Source: Acidobacteriota bacterium (GTDB lineage Bacteria > Acidobacteriota > UBA6911). From it: a DNA stretch of 64,000 bases. The notes under the pieces are model-generated. The model was given only the letters and a program-made list of their open reading frames with translations, ran no database searches and was not told where the DNA came from. Below are positions 45,678-56,242 of the stretch, in pieces (the stretch's first letter is position 1; every line of letters begins with the position of its first letter). The DNA lies in the NCBI GenBank assembly GCA_963664705.1, contig OY761556.1:5152001-5216000 (forward strand), given 5' to 3'. The translations under genes and the position numbers were made by a program.

Positions 45678-47954
45678 TTAGCTTGCAACTACGATGCAAT
45701 TGCCCCCGCTGCTTTTGGCGCGGTTCAGTGCCGATTCCGCTGAACGCAGAAGACTCTGAACTGTCTGCCCATGCCCGGGAAAAACAGCAAGGCCTACGGA
45801 AGCGGAAATATGACCGACCTGGGTGCTCTGATATTTGACTTCAAGCGTATGAGCCAGGTTGCAGAGATTGTCCGCGCGTTGATGTCCAACCTCATAGGTG
45901 CTTTGAGGGAGCAAGATCACGAATGTCTGGTTGCTGTACCGGCAGGCGATATCCCCTTTCCGCACATTTGACTGCAGAAGCATGCCGGTCCGGCGCAGCA
46001 TGGAGTCTCCGATATCCAGCCCGTACTGGTCATTAATATACTGGAAGTTATCGAGCTCCAGCATGATCACGCTGAGGGCGAACTGACTGCGCGCTGCCCG
46101 GCGCAGTTCGAGTTCCAGTGATTCCTCCATGAAACTGCGGTTGAAGAGTCCCGTAAGCTGATCGCGGATGGACTGGTTCCGCAGCTTTTCGTGCAGACGG
46201 AGATTTGAAAGCGCCATTGCGACGTGCTCCGCCATTGCCACGGCAAGCCGTTGCTTGGCTTCCGGCATCTGCTCGCCTTCCTGCATGGAGAGATGCAGAA
46301 CTCCCACGGCTTCGCTCTGTGCCATCATGGGAACGCACAGATATCCACTCGGCAGGGGCGGATGCAGATGTTTGCACAGAAGGCCGATTCGCGTGTCTTC
46401 CACCCAATGGATCCGGCCTCTGCGCAACGCCCAGCATTCATCGGGCGTAAAGGTAAGCTCCATTCCGGTGATATCGCCCCAGTCTGCAACGACCTCGACG
46501 ATATTCCGTGTCGGACCGATGACGAAGAGCGCTCCACCCTGCTGGGGAAAGATCTCCTTTGCTACTCTGACAATCACCTCGAAGACTTCTTCCGAGGTGA
46601 AGCAGGCGCGAAGAATGTCCCCCATCTCGCTGAGCAGTGTCATCTCTCTAGTGCGCTGCTCGAGTTCCTGGACCCAGGCTTCGAGTTTTTTGTTTGCCTG
46701 CTGCAAAGCTTCTTCGGTTTTTTTCCGCTCGGTAATATCGCGGGCGATGCCCTGGATCCCGACTGGCTTCCCTTCCCTGAAGATCAGCCGGTTGCTGACT
46801 TCGAGAATGGCGCGGGTATTGTCCTTGGTGACAATTTCGAGCTCCTGGGTTATGGGCGCCTCGTCGGCAATTTGCCGATCGACCATTCTGCGCGCCGCCT
46901 GCTGGAATTCCGGAGCTACGAACTGAATGAAGCGCATCTGAAGGGCTTCTGCCCTGGAATACCCAATGATCCGCTCCGCAGCTTTATTGATAGAAGTGAT
47001 CCGGCCGGACAGATCGTGGGTGTAGACCATGTCATAAGCGTTTTCAAACAGCTCCCGGTACCGCTCCTCGCTGAGCCGCTTGGCTTCTTCGGCCAGCTTG
47101 CGCTCGGTCACATCGCGAATGATGGCCAACCCGCCGATCACGTCCCGCGTCTGCGGATCGTACATGGGGCCATAATAGCCTTCAAAAAAGATCTGTCTGT
47201 TCGTCCCTGGGATCTGGTACCGCTTGTCCACCGAGATGACCTTGTTTCCGGCGAGAGCGGCGGCAAAATTCGTATCCTCGCCGAGGTCTTTCAGAAAGGG
47301 ACATGCTTTGAATGCCGGCCTGCCCAGCGTATCGCCTGCGCCGACTCCGAAGATTCTCTCCATCGCCGGATTCCAGACGGTAAAGAAATACTCGCGGTCA
47401 AACGCGAGAATCCCGTCCAGGCTGCTGTTGATCAGCCCTTCCAACTGCTGCTTGTCATGCTGGAAGGTCACTTCATCCCATTTCCGGGCACCAATATCTT
47501 CAAACATCACCAGGCAACATTTGGCCGGATCGTCAGGGTTGCTGGAAACGGTAACCTGTACCCAGAAGGCTTCGCCCTTCCTGGTTCGCAACTGCTCTTC
47601 CAACCGGGTACTGGAAACGACGCCATCGAATACCTGGCGCAGCGCCCGGGCGAATTCCTCCGCTTCCAAGGCAAGATCGATGACGCTGATGGACTTCATT
47701 TCCGACGGAGTGTAGCCCAACATGACGCACAGCGATCGGTTCGCCCTCAGAATCCTGAATTGGGAGTCAATCAACGCCACTCCCATCGGGCCATTCTCCA
47801 GCATGGAAGGGGGGATCTGAATTTCCTCCTCTTCTGCGGGCGAGGACGGCTCGGACGGAGGATGGCTTTGAATCAATACCTGGAGATGCGCAATTTCATC
47901 GCGCAGCGATTCCAGTTCCTCCGCCAGATCCTTTTTTGGGGGCTTCTCTTCCAT
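45678..47954 (-). CDS. PAS-PAS-PAS-GAF degenerate GGDEF protein
   Basis: Same PAS-GAF-GGDEF core as the neighbour, but the active site reads RYSNQTF; RKGD I-site retained. Confidence 0.88.
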   Translation of the reverse strand: MEEKPPKKDLAEELESLRDEIAHLQVLIQSHPPSEPSSPAEEEEIQIPPSMLENGPMGVALIDSQFRILRANRSLCVMLGYTPSEMKSISVIDLALEAEEFARALRQVFDGVVSSTRLEEQLRTRKGEAFWVQVTVSSNPDDPAKCCLVMFEDIGARKWDEVTFQHDKQQLEGLINSSLDGILAFDREYFFTVWNPAMERIFGVGAGDTLGRPAFKACPFLKDLGEDTNFAAALAGNKVISVDKRYQIPGTNRQIFFEGYYGPMYDPQTRDVIGGLAIIRDVTERKLAEEAKRLSEERYRELFENAYDMVYTHDLSGRITSINKAAERIIGYSRAEALQMRFIQFVAPEFQQAARRMVDRQIADEAPITQELEIVTKDNTRAILEVSNRLIFREGKPVGIQGIARDITERKKTEEALQQANKKLEAWVQELEQRTREMTLLSEMGDILRACFTSEEVFEVIVRVAKEIFPQQGGALFVIGPTRNIVEVVADWGDITGMELTFTPDECWALRRGRIHWVEDTRIGLLCKHLHPPLPSGYLCVPMMAQSEAVGVLHLSMQEGEQMPEAKQRLAVAMAEHVAMALSNLRLHEKLRNQSIRDQLTGLFNRSFMEESLELELRRAARSQFALSVIMLELDNFQYINDQYGLDIGDSMLRRTGMLLQSNVRKGDIACRYSNQTFVILLPQSTYEVGHQRADNLCNLAHTLEVKYQSTQVGHISASVGLAVFPGHGQTVQSLLRSAESALNRAKSSGGNCIVVAS

Positions 47955-48393
47955 ATTCTTAGCACTAGAGCGACAGACTGATCCCGGAGTCGCCCGCTAA
48001 CAGGCATAATGGCAGACACGTCTGCCGGAACAGATCAAAAATATACAGGTCGCTCTCAGGTTATCGTAACGCGCGAGCCAAATCTTTAGTCAAATCCGAC
48101 CGTAAAACATCACAACAAAAAGGTTAACGCAACTTTGCATGACGGCATGGAAGCGCGGTCCTTATGGTTTTGCAAACAATACAATAAAGACTCTTCCATT
48201 ATCTTGCCAATGTTTTCAACGACTTACAGCATTGATTCCTCGATGGGGCCAGGATGGGCAATTGTAGATTCCGTGGACAGGCTTTGCGGCACATGTGATA
48301 TTTTTGTGATTGGCAACAATTTGCAAGTGGATGCGCATCTGAACAGCCATCCTCGAGGATTTGGCTTTTTTACCAGGAACAGGGGAGATCGGA

Positions 48394-49266
48394 ATGAAGT
48401 ACGAAGGATCGATATACAGGCCGCCAAGTGAGGCAAACAGCTTGATCCTGCAGGTAGCAGTCGGCTGCTCCTACAACCGCTGCACGTTCTGTCATTCCTT
48501 TCAACAGAAGGAGTTCAGGGTCAAATCGTTTGAAGAGATAAAGGAAGATATCGATGAGGCCGCCACTTACGGACGGATTCCGCGGGTCTTTCTGGCCGAT
48601 GGAGACGCCCTGGTTATTTCCCAGGACGAGTTGGTCAGAATCCTGAGCTATTTAAAAAAGAAGATCCGTGGACTGGAACGGGTTGGGATATATGCCAATG
48701 CCGTCGACGTCCTGAAGAAGACTCCGGATGAGCTCCGCGAGCTGAAAGGCCTCGGGCTGGGCATTATCTACCTTGGCCTCGAGACGGGAAATGCGGAAGT
48801 GCTCAAGAGAATCAAGAAGAATGCAACGGCGGATCAGATGGTGCGCGCCGGAAAAAGAGTCCGGGAAGCGGGGATCCAGCTCTCGGTCACGGTTCTCCTT
48901 GGAATCGGCGGCGTTGAACTGAGCCAGGCCCATGCTGAGGACACCGGAAAAGTTCTTACCCAGATGGATCCCGAATTTGTCGGAGCGTTATCACTCATCG
49001 TGGTTCCGGGAACCCCAATGGCAGACGATCTTCAGTCCGGTAGATTGGTCCTTCCAACGCCTTTCGAGCTAATCCGCGAATTGGGAACCATGATTGCCAA
49101 CTGCAATTTTACCAACTGCTTTTTCGCATCGAATCACGCGTCCAATTACCTTCCAATGCGGATTCGTATGCCCGAGGAAAAGGAAAGCGCGCTGGAGCTG
49201 ATCCGGGAGGTGCTGCAGCGAAATGACCCGGACCTGCTGCGTCCGGAATACATGCGCGCACTGTAA
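48394..49266 (+). CDS. Radical SAM protein
   Basis: YRPPSEA.SLILQ, CSYNRCTFC (CX3CX2C) and SNHASNY. Confidence 0.9.
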   Translation: MKYEGSIYRPPSEANSLILQVAVGCSYNRCTFCHSFQQKEFRVKSFEEIKEDIDEAATYGRIPRVFLADGDALVISQDELVRILSYLKKKIRGLERVGIYANAVDVLKKTPDELRELKGLGLGIIYLGLETGNAEVLKRIKKNATADQMVRAGKRVREAGIQLSVTVLLGIGGVELSQAHAEDTGKVLTQMDPEFVGALSLIVVPGTPMADDLQSGRLVLPTPFELIRELGTMIANCNFTNCFFASNHASNYLPMRIRMPEEKESALELIREVLQRNDPDLLRPEYMRAL

Positions 49267-49323
49267 GGCAATCGTCGACAGCCCTTGCCGGTCATCGGGA
49301 ATCGGATGGTTCGCCGATGTCCG

Positions 49324-49698
49324 TCATCCCTCCATTGCTACCGGTTTCAAGGGCACATCCCAGTGAGCCTCCACAATCTCGAAGCGTCGCTGTTCTTCGC
49401 GCTTAAACGTTTCCTGATCCGGGTACAGCTTCTTAACGATGGCAGCGGTGCCGCTGCCGTCTCCAAAAGCCTGCCAGTTCTTAAATACCAGGATCGTCAT
49501 GAATGTCCAGTCACTTCGCCCGTCCCCGTGAAAGCGGGGCTCAAAGGCGTGGATGTTGAGGAGTCGGCCCGATTTGATCTGTTCCGCCAGGACCGGGTAG
49601 TGGTTTTTCCGGAAGAGCTCGATGAACTCCTCCTGGCAGCCCCACTTAATTTTATAATAATACTCGACGGTAACCGGCGCCTCGATTGGTGTGGCCAT
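49324..49698 (-). CDS. Hypothetical protein (NIPSNAP / dimeric alpha-beta barrel-like)
   Basis: EYYYKIKWG..EEF.ELF.KNH...AHWD; GGAGG SD before ATG 49698. Confidence 0.6.
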   Translation of the reverse strand: MATPIEAPVTVEYYYKIKWGCQEEFIELFRKNHYPVLAEQIKSGRLLNIHAFEPRFHGDGRSDWTFMTILVFKNWQAFGDGSGTAAIVKKLYPDQETFKREEQRRFEIVEAHWDVPLKPVAMEG

Positions 49699-49847
49699 TT
49701 TCAGAATCCCTCCAGATGTAATCAAACAATAGTGTACCCCAATTTGTCGATTTGAATTCACCATTCGATACACCTTGTCGGAATGGTATACTCCATCGGG
49801 AAAAGAGTTCCCCACGTTCGGTGCAATTGATTTTTCAGGGAGCAGGT

Positions 49848-50273
49848 ATGCCTGCGAAAATGAAGTTTATTCTTGGCGGAGTCGTGATTATCGCGGCGCT
49901 CGCATGGCTGGGTTTCGTCGGTTTTCAGGAAAGCAAAGCCTATTACATTACGGTGGATGAGTTCGCCGCGATGAAGGGTGACACGGGCGGAAAGACATTT
50001 AAGCTCGCCGGCGATGTGGTGGCAGGATCTGTGGATAGAAGCAAGCCGCAGATGGAATTTGTCATCAGCAGCCACGACAATCAGATCAAGGTCCGTTACA
50101 TCGGGTCGTCTATCGTCCCCGATACCTTCAAAGATGGATCGAAAGCCCTTGTGGAAGGCAAGCCGGCACAAGACGGCACCTTCCAGGCAACGCACATCGA
50201 AGCGAAGTGCGCGTCGAAATACGAAGCGGAATACGATAAGAAAACTCAGAATTCAGGAGTCAGCAATCAGTAG
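49848..50273 (+). CDS. ccmE: Cytochrome c maturation heme chaperone CcmE (CxxxY type)
   Basis: YYITV, PDTFKDG and AKCASKY. Confidence 0.9.
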   Translation: MPAKMKFILGGVVIIAALAWLGFVGFQESKAYYITVDEFAAMKGDTGGKTFKLAGDVVAGSVDRSKPQMEFVISSHDNQIKVRYIGSSIVPDTFKDGSKALVEGKPAQDGTFQATHIEAKCASKYEAEYDKKTQNSGVSNQ

Positions 50274-50316
50274 TCGCATGACGATGATCTGACCCATATA
50301 TCGACATCGAGAGACC

Positions 50317-52341
50317 ATGGCTAATTTTGGCAATTTCTGTCTCCTCTTTGCCCTTTGCCTTTCACTTTATGCGCTTTTCGCAGCCCTGATCGGTGGGCTG
50401 CAGCGGCAACACCAGATCGTCCGCAGTGCCGAGAACGCGGTCTATGCGGCCGGCGGCTGCGTTACGCTCTCGCTGGGTTCCCTGATCTACCTGCTGCTGT
50501 CGAACGACTTCTCGACATCTCATGTCGCCAGTGCCAGCAGTCGCGATTTGCCGGTTCTTTATAAAATTTCGGCCATTTGGGGTGCCCACGACGGGTCCAT
50601 GCTGCTGTGGGTGTTTTTTACCGCGCTGCTCTGTACGATTGTGGTCTTTCAAAACCGATTCCGCTACCGCGACATGATGCCTTATGTCATCGCGGTCCTC
50701 ATGTTTGATCTGTGCTTCTTCCTGGCATTGAATCTCTCACTGTCCAACCCGTTTACCCAACTGGTTCAGGTTTCTCCCGACGGCTCAATGCAGGCGTTCG
50801 CGCCGGCCGATGGACGTGGGCTCAATCCGCTGCTCCAGTTTTGGGCCATGGTAATCCATCCGCCGATTCTCTACGTGGGCTTTATCGGGTTTTTGATTCC
50901 TTTTGCCTTTGCCATCGCGGCGCTTCTGACCAGGCAGCTCGGAGACACCTGGATTCGGACAACGCGACGCTGGACGCTCTTAACCTGGCTGCTGCTTGGG
51001 CTTGGGCTGATCCTGGGAGGCAAGTGGGCTTATGTGGTTTTGGGGTGGGGTGGCTACTGGGGCTGGGATCCGGTGGAAAATTCCTCACTGATGCCATGGC
51101 TGGTCAGCACGGCTTTCCTTCACTCGGTTATTGTCCAGGAACGCAGAGGCATGCTGAAGGTGTGGAATGTGATTCTGGTTATGATCACCTACCTGCTCGG
51201 CATTTTTGGAACCTTCATCACGCGCAGTGGAGTGGTTTCCTCTGTACACGCATTTGCAGATTCCAAGCTGGGGAGTTTCTTCCTGCTTTACATGGCATTT
51301 GTTCTGTTTGCAGGCCTCTGGCTGATCGCCGACAGGCGCGCCTATCTGAAAAGCGATCGGCGCCTTGATTCCATTCTCTCGCGGGAAAGCGCCTTCCTGT
51401 TTAACAACCTTGTTTTTGTGATCGCCTGCTTTGCCATTCTCTGGGGCACCATGTTTCCGGTGATTTCACAACTGGTTCGGAAAACACAGATCACGGTGGG
51501 ACCGCCGTTTTTCAACAGCATCAACATCCCGATCGGGCTTCTGCTGTTGCTCTTAACGGGCGTCGGTCCGCTGTTTGCCTGGAGGAAAACCTCGTTCGAC
51601 AGTCTGAAAAAAGCTTTCTTCCTGCCCACGATTTTCGCCGTGATTGCCTGTATTGCTCTTCTTGCAGGAGGGATGCGGAATTTTTACTCGGTTATCTGCC
51701 TGACTCTGTGTGTTTTCGTCTTTATCACGATTCTGGAGGAATTCTACAAGGGGACGAGAATACGCGTCACGGGCAAAGGGGAAAACTTTGCCGCCGCGCT
51801 GGTGAATCTGACGCTCAAAAACAAGCGGCGCTATGGCGGATATATCGTTCACTTCGCCGTGGTCTTGATCTTCGTGGGGCTTTCCGGCAACGCCTTTAAT
51901 CGGGAAGAAACGCAGCAATTGACCAACGGTCAGGAAATGAAGATCGGCGATTACACATTAAGGATGGCCGGTTTCCGCGATGGAGAAACTTCGAGCTACC
52001 GGTTTGCCCAGGTTACCCTGGATGCCTATAAGGATGGAAAGCTGATCGACACGCTGAGGCCGGAGCAGCGCTTCTATAACACCAACGAGAGACAGACCCT
52101 GACAAACGTGGCGCTGCACAGCTCGCCGAAAGAGGACCTTTATGTGGTCCTGGCGGGAATTTCGGAAGATAGCGTCATCTGCCAGATCAAAGCATATGTC
52201 AACCCCCTGGTGTTCTGGATCTGGTTCGGTTCAGCCGTGATGTTTCTGGGCGCGATCATAACGCTCCTGCCGGACAAAACCGGACGCCCGGCACTTGTCG
52301 GCAGCAGTCGGCGCGCAGCAGAACCGGCGATTCAGGGCTAG
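50317..52341 (+). CDS. ccmF: Cytochrome c heme lyase CcmF
   Basis: GLNPLLQ, IHPP and WGGYWGWDPVEN. Confidence 0.95.
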   Translation: MANFGNFCLLFALCLSLYALFAALIGGLQRQHQIVRSAENAVYAAGGCVTLSLGSLIYLLLSNDFSTSHVASASSRDLPVLYKISAIWGAHDGSMLLWVFFTALLCTIVVFQNRFRYRDMMPYVIAVLMFDLCFFLALNLSLSNPFTQLVQVSPDGSMQAFAPADGRGLNPLLQFWAMVIHPPILYVGFIGFLIPFAFAIAALLTRQLGDTWIRTTRRWTLLTWLLLGLGLILGGKWAYVVLGWGGYWGWDPVENSSLMPWLVSTAFLHSVIVQERRGMLKVWNVILVMITYLLGIFGTFITRSGVVSSVHAFADSKLGSFFLLYMAFVLFAGLWLIADRRAYLKSDRRLDSILSRESAFLFNNLVFVIACFAILWGTMFPVISQLVRKTQITVGPPFFNSINIPIGLLLLLLTGVGPLFAWRKTSFDSLKKAFFLPTIFAVIACIALLAGGMRNFYSVICLTLCVFVFITILEEFYKGTRIRVTGKGENFAAALVNLTLKNKRRYGGYIVHFAVVLIFVGLSGNAFNREETQQLTNGQEMKIGDYTLRMAGFRDGETSSYRFAQVTLDAYKDGKLIDTLRPEQRFYNTNERQTLTNVALHSSPKEDLYVVLAGISEDSVICQIKAYVNPLVFWIWFGSAVMFLGAIITLLPDKTGRPALVGSSRRAAEPAIQG

Positions 52342-52423
52342 TAGACTTTGCGGTTGCCGCTTTCGCGTTTCCGACCCGAAATGCGAAGTCTGTAACCTGC
52401 AATTTGAAACCTAGGAGAAAGCA

Positions 52424-52864
52424 ATGCTGTGGATAGCATGCGCAGGGATCGTGGTGATCGCCGCACTCTATACGTTGCGGCCTTTGTTCAGGGCGTCTGA
52501 GGGAAACCTGGACATCGACCTGCTGGCCGAGACAGAACTCGACCGGCTGCTGGATCGGAAGAATGTGGTTTATAAGAATCTCCGGGATCTTGAATTCGAG
52601 CACAAGATGGGTCGGCTTACCGATCTGGACTTCCAGCAGCTGGCATCGGGGTATAAGGGAGAAGCCTCCTCCATCCTGCAGCGTCTCGATCAACTGCACG
52701 CGTCGGAAGATCTGGACGAGCGTATAGAAAAAGATATTGCCGCGCGAAAATCCAAGCAGACCGGCTCTGGAAAGAAAGAACGGGTTCCAGGACGCTGCCC
52801 TTCCTGCGGATCGGAAATCGTTTCGGGTAAAAAATTCTGTGCTGATTGCGGACAACGGCTCTGA
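52424..52864 (+). CDS. CcmI/CycH-like membrane protein with C-terminal zinc ribbon
   Basis: N-terminal TM, LRDLEFEHKMGRL and CPSCG...FCADCG. Confidence 0.7.
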   Translation: MLWIACAGIVVIAALYTLRPLFRASEGNLDIDLLAETELDRLLDRKNVVYKNLRDLEFEHKMGRLTDLDFQQLASGYKGEASSILQRLDQLHASEDLDERIEKDIAARKSKQTGSGKKERVPGRCPSCGSEIVSGKKFCADCGQRL

Positions 52865-52865
52865 T

Positions 52866-54062
52866 ATGAAAAAGACTTCTTTCGCAATTCTGTTGTTTTT
52901 GGTGGCACTTCTACCGGCCCAGGCGCAGCAGAACGGGGTTCTGGAAGGCAAGGTGATCAACAAAACCGACCCTGCCATTGTTGCCCGGAATGTGGAGCTT
53001 GAAGTGCTCGAACTGGGTGGAGGCATGAGCGTCATCAGATCCGCCAGGACGGATGCCTCCGGCAAGTTTCACATAGAGGGACTCCCGCAGGATCAGCGCC
53101 TGATGATTCGCGCAAATTATAAGGGCGCCAATTATCATTCGCAGGCAGAGTTCAGCGGGGGCAGGGCGAATGTGGACATCGCCGTGTATGAGCCGACCAC
53201 GTCCATGAAGGACATTGAGATTGGGGACGTCACGATTGCCTTTCAGCTGATCGGCAATCAGCTGAAAGTTCTTGAGACGGTGACGATCAACAATAAAACG
53301 AATCCGCCCAGAACTTACTCAAATCCTGAAGGAAGCTTCAGGATTTCCAAACCTCCAGGGATTCTGGAGCCGCCCAGGTTGCGCGTTACATCTCCCGGAT
53401 CGTCGATGCCACTGGTTCAATCCGCACTCGAGAGCCCAGACGGGAAAAGCTATTACAGCCAGTATCCCCTGAGACCCGGGGTTACACGATTTGAAGTTCA
53501 GCAGTTGCTTCCATACACAAACAACAGCTACACCTATGTGAAGACGTTTTACCAGGATGTAAAATCGCTGAATATTGGCGTAATTCCGCAAGACATGGCG
53601 TTATCCGGAAAAGGACTCACAAAAATCCAGACCGATACGCAGCGGAATTTTACAGTCTATGCCAGTGCTCCGGTTAAGGCCGGAAGTGAAGTTATATGGG
53701 ATTTTTCGGGAGGCACACCGGTCCAGGAAGCGGCGGAGCCTGAATCGTCCGCAGCGCCCGGCGGCGGTGCGGAAGTCACGGCCATGCCGAATATCATCGG
53801 ACGTCATGCGATGATTATCGGCCCGATGCTGCTGATGGGTTTTATCCTCATTCTCTGGTATGGATACAACCGGTCCCAGACGGCTTCCGCCTCTGACTTC
53901 CACATTCAGAAAATCAAGGAAAATCGGGAACAGCTGCTGGAAAGCATTGTGAGCCTGGAGCGCCAGTACGAAAGCGGCGGCATCAGCGAACAGGAATATT
54001 CGAAACAGCGCGAAGATAGCAAACGCCGCCTGCGTCGGATATCTCTATTGCTTAAAAAATAG
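52866..54062 (+). CDS. Exported beta-sandwich (carboxypeptidase-regulatory-like) protein with C-terminal TM and helical tail
   Basis: Signal peptide MKKTSF, TDASGKF, TM, then LE.QYESGGISEQEY tail; inside the ccm operon. Confidence 0.7.
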   Translation: MKKTSFAILLFLVALLPAQAQQNGVLEGKVINKTDPAIVARNVELEVLELGGGMSVIRSARTDASGKFHIEGLPQDQRLMIRANYKGANYHSQAEFSGGRANVDIAVYEPTTSMKDIEIGDVTIAFQLIGNQLKVLETVTINNKTNPPRTYSNPEGSFRISKPPGILEPPRLRVTSPGSSMPLVQSALESPDGKSYYSQYPLRPGVTRFEVQQLLPYTNNSYTYVKTFYQDVKSLNIGVIPQDMALSGKGLTKIQTDTQRNFTVYASAPVKAGSEVIWDFSGGTPVQEAAEPESSAAPGGGAEVTAMPNIIGRHAMIIGPMLLMGFILILWYGYNRSQTASASDFHIQKIKENREQLLESIVSLERQYESGGISEQEYSKQREDSKRRLRRISLLLKK

Positions 54063-54082
54063 TTCCCAGACGGGCAGCGCTT

Positions 54083-54158
54083 TGAAATCTGGATTCTCGA
54101 ACCTGGAATCTGAAATCTGAAATCCGAAATCTGGAATCCGAAATCTGGAATCTGAAAT
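54083..54158. repeat. Heptamer tandem repeat (GAAATCT / GGAATCT-like, about 10 units)
   Basis: Read directly from the sequence; upstream of ccmA. Confidence 0.85.
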
Positions 54159-54167
54159 TAAGTGCCT

Positions 54168-54860
54168 ATGATTGAAGTCCAGGGTCTGGCTAAATATTTC
54201 GGCAAATTCACGGCGTTGCGCGGCCTGGATCTTCGGGTTGAAAACGGCCAGTTTATCGCGCTTTTCGGCAGGAATGGAGCGGGCAAGACAACGTTTCTTC
54301 GGATTCTTGCCGGCCTCTCGCATCCATCCGCCGGCAAAGTGACGATTTTGCCCCGCAGCGGCATTAAGCCGCGATATGTGCGCGGGTGTATCGGCTATCT
54401 GTCCCACAACACTTCCCTGTATGTTGACCTGACGGCACTGGAAAATCTCCGGTTTTACGCCCAGCTGCTGGGTATGCCGGCGCATGATGACTTTCTGCTT
54501 CAGCGTATAGACCAGGTGGGGTTGACCGGTCGCGAACAGGACCCTGTGCGCAATTACTCCCGCGGCATGCAACAACGGCTGGCTCTTGCGCGCGCCGTCC
54601 TGCATGATCCGGAAATACTTCTCCTGGATGAACCTTTTACGGGTCTGGATCAGCCGGGAGCCGACTTTTTAAAGCGGTATCTCCTGCAGGCTCATGCCGA
54701 CGGGAAGACCTGTCTCATGGCGATTCATGATGCCCAGCTGGGCTATGATATGGCCGACCGGCTTGTTGTGATTGATAAGGGTGTGGCCGCACTGGACCTG
54801 CAAAGAGCATCGCTGAGCTTTTCCGAGTTCAAGGGAAAATACGATCTGGTAATGCAGTGA
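54168..54860 (+). CDS. ccmA: Heme ABC exporter ATPase CcmA
   Basis: GRNGAGKT, YLSH, YSRGMQQR and LDEPFTGLD; operon context. Confidence 0.88.
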   Translation: MIEVQGLAKYFGKFTALRGLDLRVENGQFIALFGRNGAGKTTFLRILAGLSHPSAGKVTILPRSGIKPRYVRGCIGYLSHNTSLYVDLTALENLRFYAQLLGMPAHDDFLLQRIDQVGLTGREQDPVRNYSRGMQQRLALARAVLHDPEILLLDEPFTGLDQPGADFLKRYLLQAHADGKTCLMAIHDAQLGYDMADRLVVIDKGVAALDLQRASLSFSEFKGKYDLVMQ

Positions 54861-54872
54861 GTCTGTTCGATT

Positions 54873-55541
54873 ATGACAAAAATCTGGGCGGTATTTCGGA
54901 AAGACCTGCTGATCGAATTGAGGACGAAGGACACGCTCAATTCGATGCTTTTTTTCGGCGTGGTTGTGCTGGTTGTCTTCAACTTCGCCCTGGCCTCCCT
55001 GCGCGAATCTATTGGGCCGGCCGTGCCGGGAATCCTCTGGGTAGCGTTTGCGTTTTCCGGGACGCTGGGATTGAACCGCATGTTTGCTTCCGAAAAAGAA
55101 AACGGCTGTCTGCAGGGACTGCTCATGCTGCCCATCGATCGGGGGGCGGTCTATTTCGGGAAAATGCTGGCAGTAACGGTCTTCATGCTGATCTCCGAAC
55201 TCATCATGTTTGTCGTCACGCTGGTATTCTTCAATCTGACAGTCTGGCGCGAAATTCCTTACCTGATTCTGGTATTCTTAATTGGAACGCTGGGATTCAC
55301 GGCTGTGGGAACCCTGCTATCGGCAATCGCGGTCAACACAAAGCTGAGGGAGGTGCTTCTTCCCCTGATACTGTTCCCGGTCATTCTTCCGATCCTGGTA
55401 AATGCGGTGGAGGCAACGAATATTATCCTGAATTCGAATGATTACGGCGCGCTGCGTCTTCCGCTGACCGTAATGTCCGTTTTTACCATCATATTCGGGA
55501 CAATATCCTATATTCTCTTTGATTATGTTCTTGAGGATTGA
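54873..55541 (+). CDS. ccmB: Heme exporter CcmB
   Basis: KDL.IELR, GILWV, EKENGCL and LLPLILFP. Confidence 0.9.
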   Translation: MTKIWAVFRKDLLIELRTKDTLNSMLFFGVVVLVVFNFALASLRESIGPAVPGILWVAFAFSGTLGLNRMFASEKENGCLQGLLMLPIDRGAVYFGKMLAVTVFMLISELIMFVVTLVFFNLTVWREIPYLILVFLIGTLGFTAVGTLLSAIAVNTKLREVLLPLILFPVILPILVNAVEATNIILNSNDYGALRLPLTVMSVFTIIFGTISYILFDYVLED

Positions 55542-55543
55542 AG

Positions 55544-56230
55544 ATGGGCGAAAGGCGATCAGGCATTGATATTGCGCTTGCATCCATACTGCTTCCCGGA
55601 ATGATTCTCGCTTTATATATGGCTCTGATTCAGGCTCCACGGGAAGCGACCATGGGCGACCTGCAGCGGATTTTCTACTTTCATGTTCCGGCCGCAATCG
55701 CCGGAATGACGGCGTTTGCCATCAACTTCGTCTGCTCGATTACGTATGTAGTGCGGCGGAATCGATGGTGGGACAATCTGGCACTGTCTGCTGCAGAGGT
55801 TGGAGTGATGTTCCTGATGATCGTCCTGGTCACGGGACCCATCTGGGCCAAGCCGGCGTGGTTCGTGTGGTGGACGTGGTCCCCTCGTCTGACCCTGTCG
55901 CTCGTTTTGTGCCTGCTGTATATCTCTTATCTGCTGATACGAAATTATATCGAAGATCCTGAGAAAAAGGCCCTGGTCTCAGCCGTTTTTGGAATCATTG
56001 CCTTCGCGGATACTCCGCTGGTCTGGTTTTCCATCCGGTGGTGGCGCGATATCCACCCTTCACCCATGCTCGAAACCGGGGGACTCGCCCCATCCATGCG
56101 CCCTGCGTTTTTTGTCTGTATGGCCGTGTTTTTTATCCTGATGGTATTTCTACTGCGCCGGCGTTTTTATCTGCAATCCTTGCGGGGTGATTTGGAGTTG
56201 CTCGAGCGTCAGGCGGATGCCGCACGATAA
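55544..56230 (+). CDS. ccmC: Heme exporter CcmC
   Basis: RIFYFHVP, TGPIWAKPAW..WWTW.PRLT and WWRDIHP. Confidence 0.92.
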   Translation: MGERRSGIDIALASILLPGMILALYMALIQAPREATMGDLQRIFYFHVPAAIAGMTAFAINFVCSITYVVRRNRWWDNLALSAAEVGVMFLMIVLVTGPIWAKPAWFVWWTWSPRLTLSLVLCLLYISYLLIRNYIEDPEKKALVSAVFGIIAFADTPLVWFSIRWWRDIHPSPMLETGGLAPSMRPAFFVCMAVFFILMVFLLRRRFYLQSLRGDLELLERQADAAR

Positions 56231-56242
56231 GGACGGATTTCT

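Noticed and set aside
46224-47981. 585-aa plus-strand ORF (also 20834..22108, 35889..37016, 57910..59100)
   Set aside because: Antisense shadows of well-supported genes
48311-48325. Sigma54-like TGGCAACAATTTGCA upstream of the radical SAM gene
   Set aside because: GG-to-GC spacing is 9 rather than the required 10
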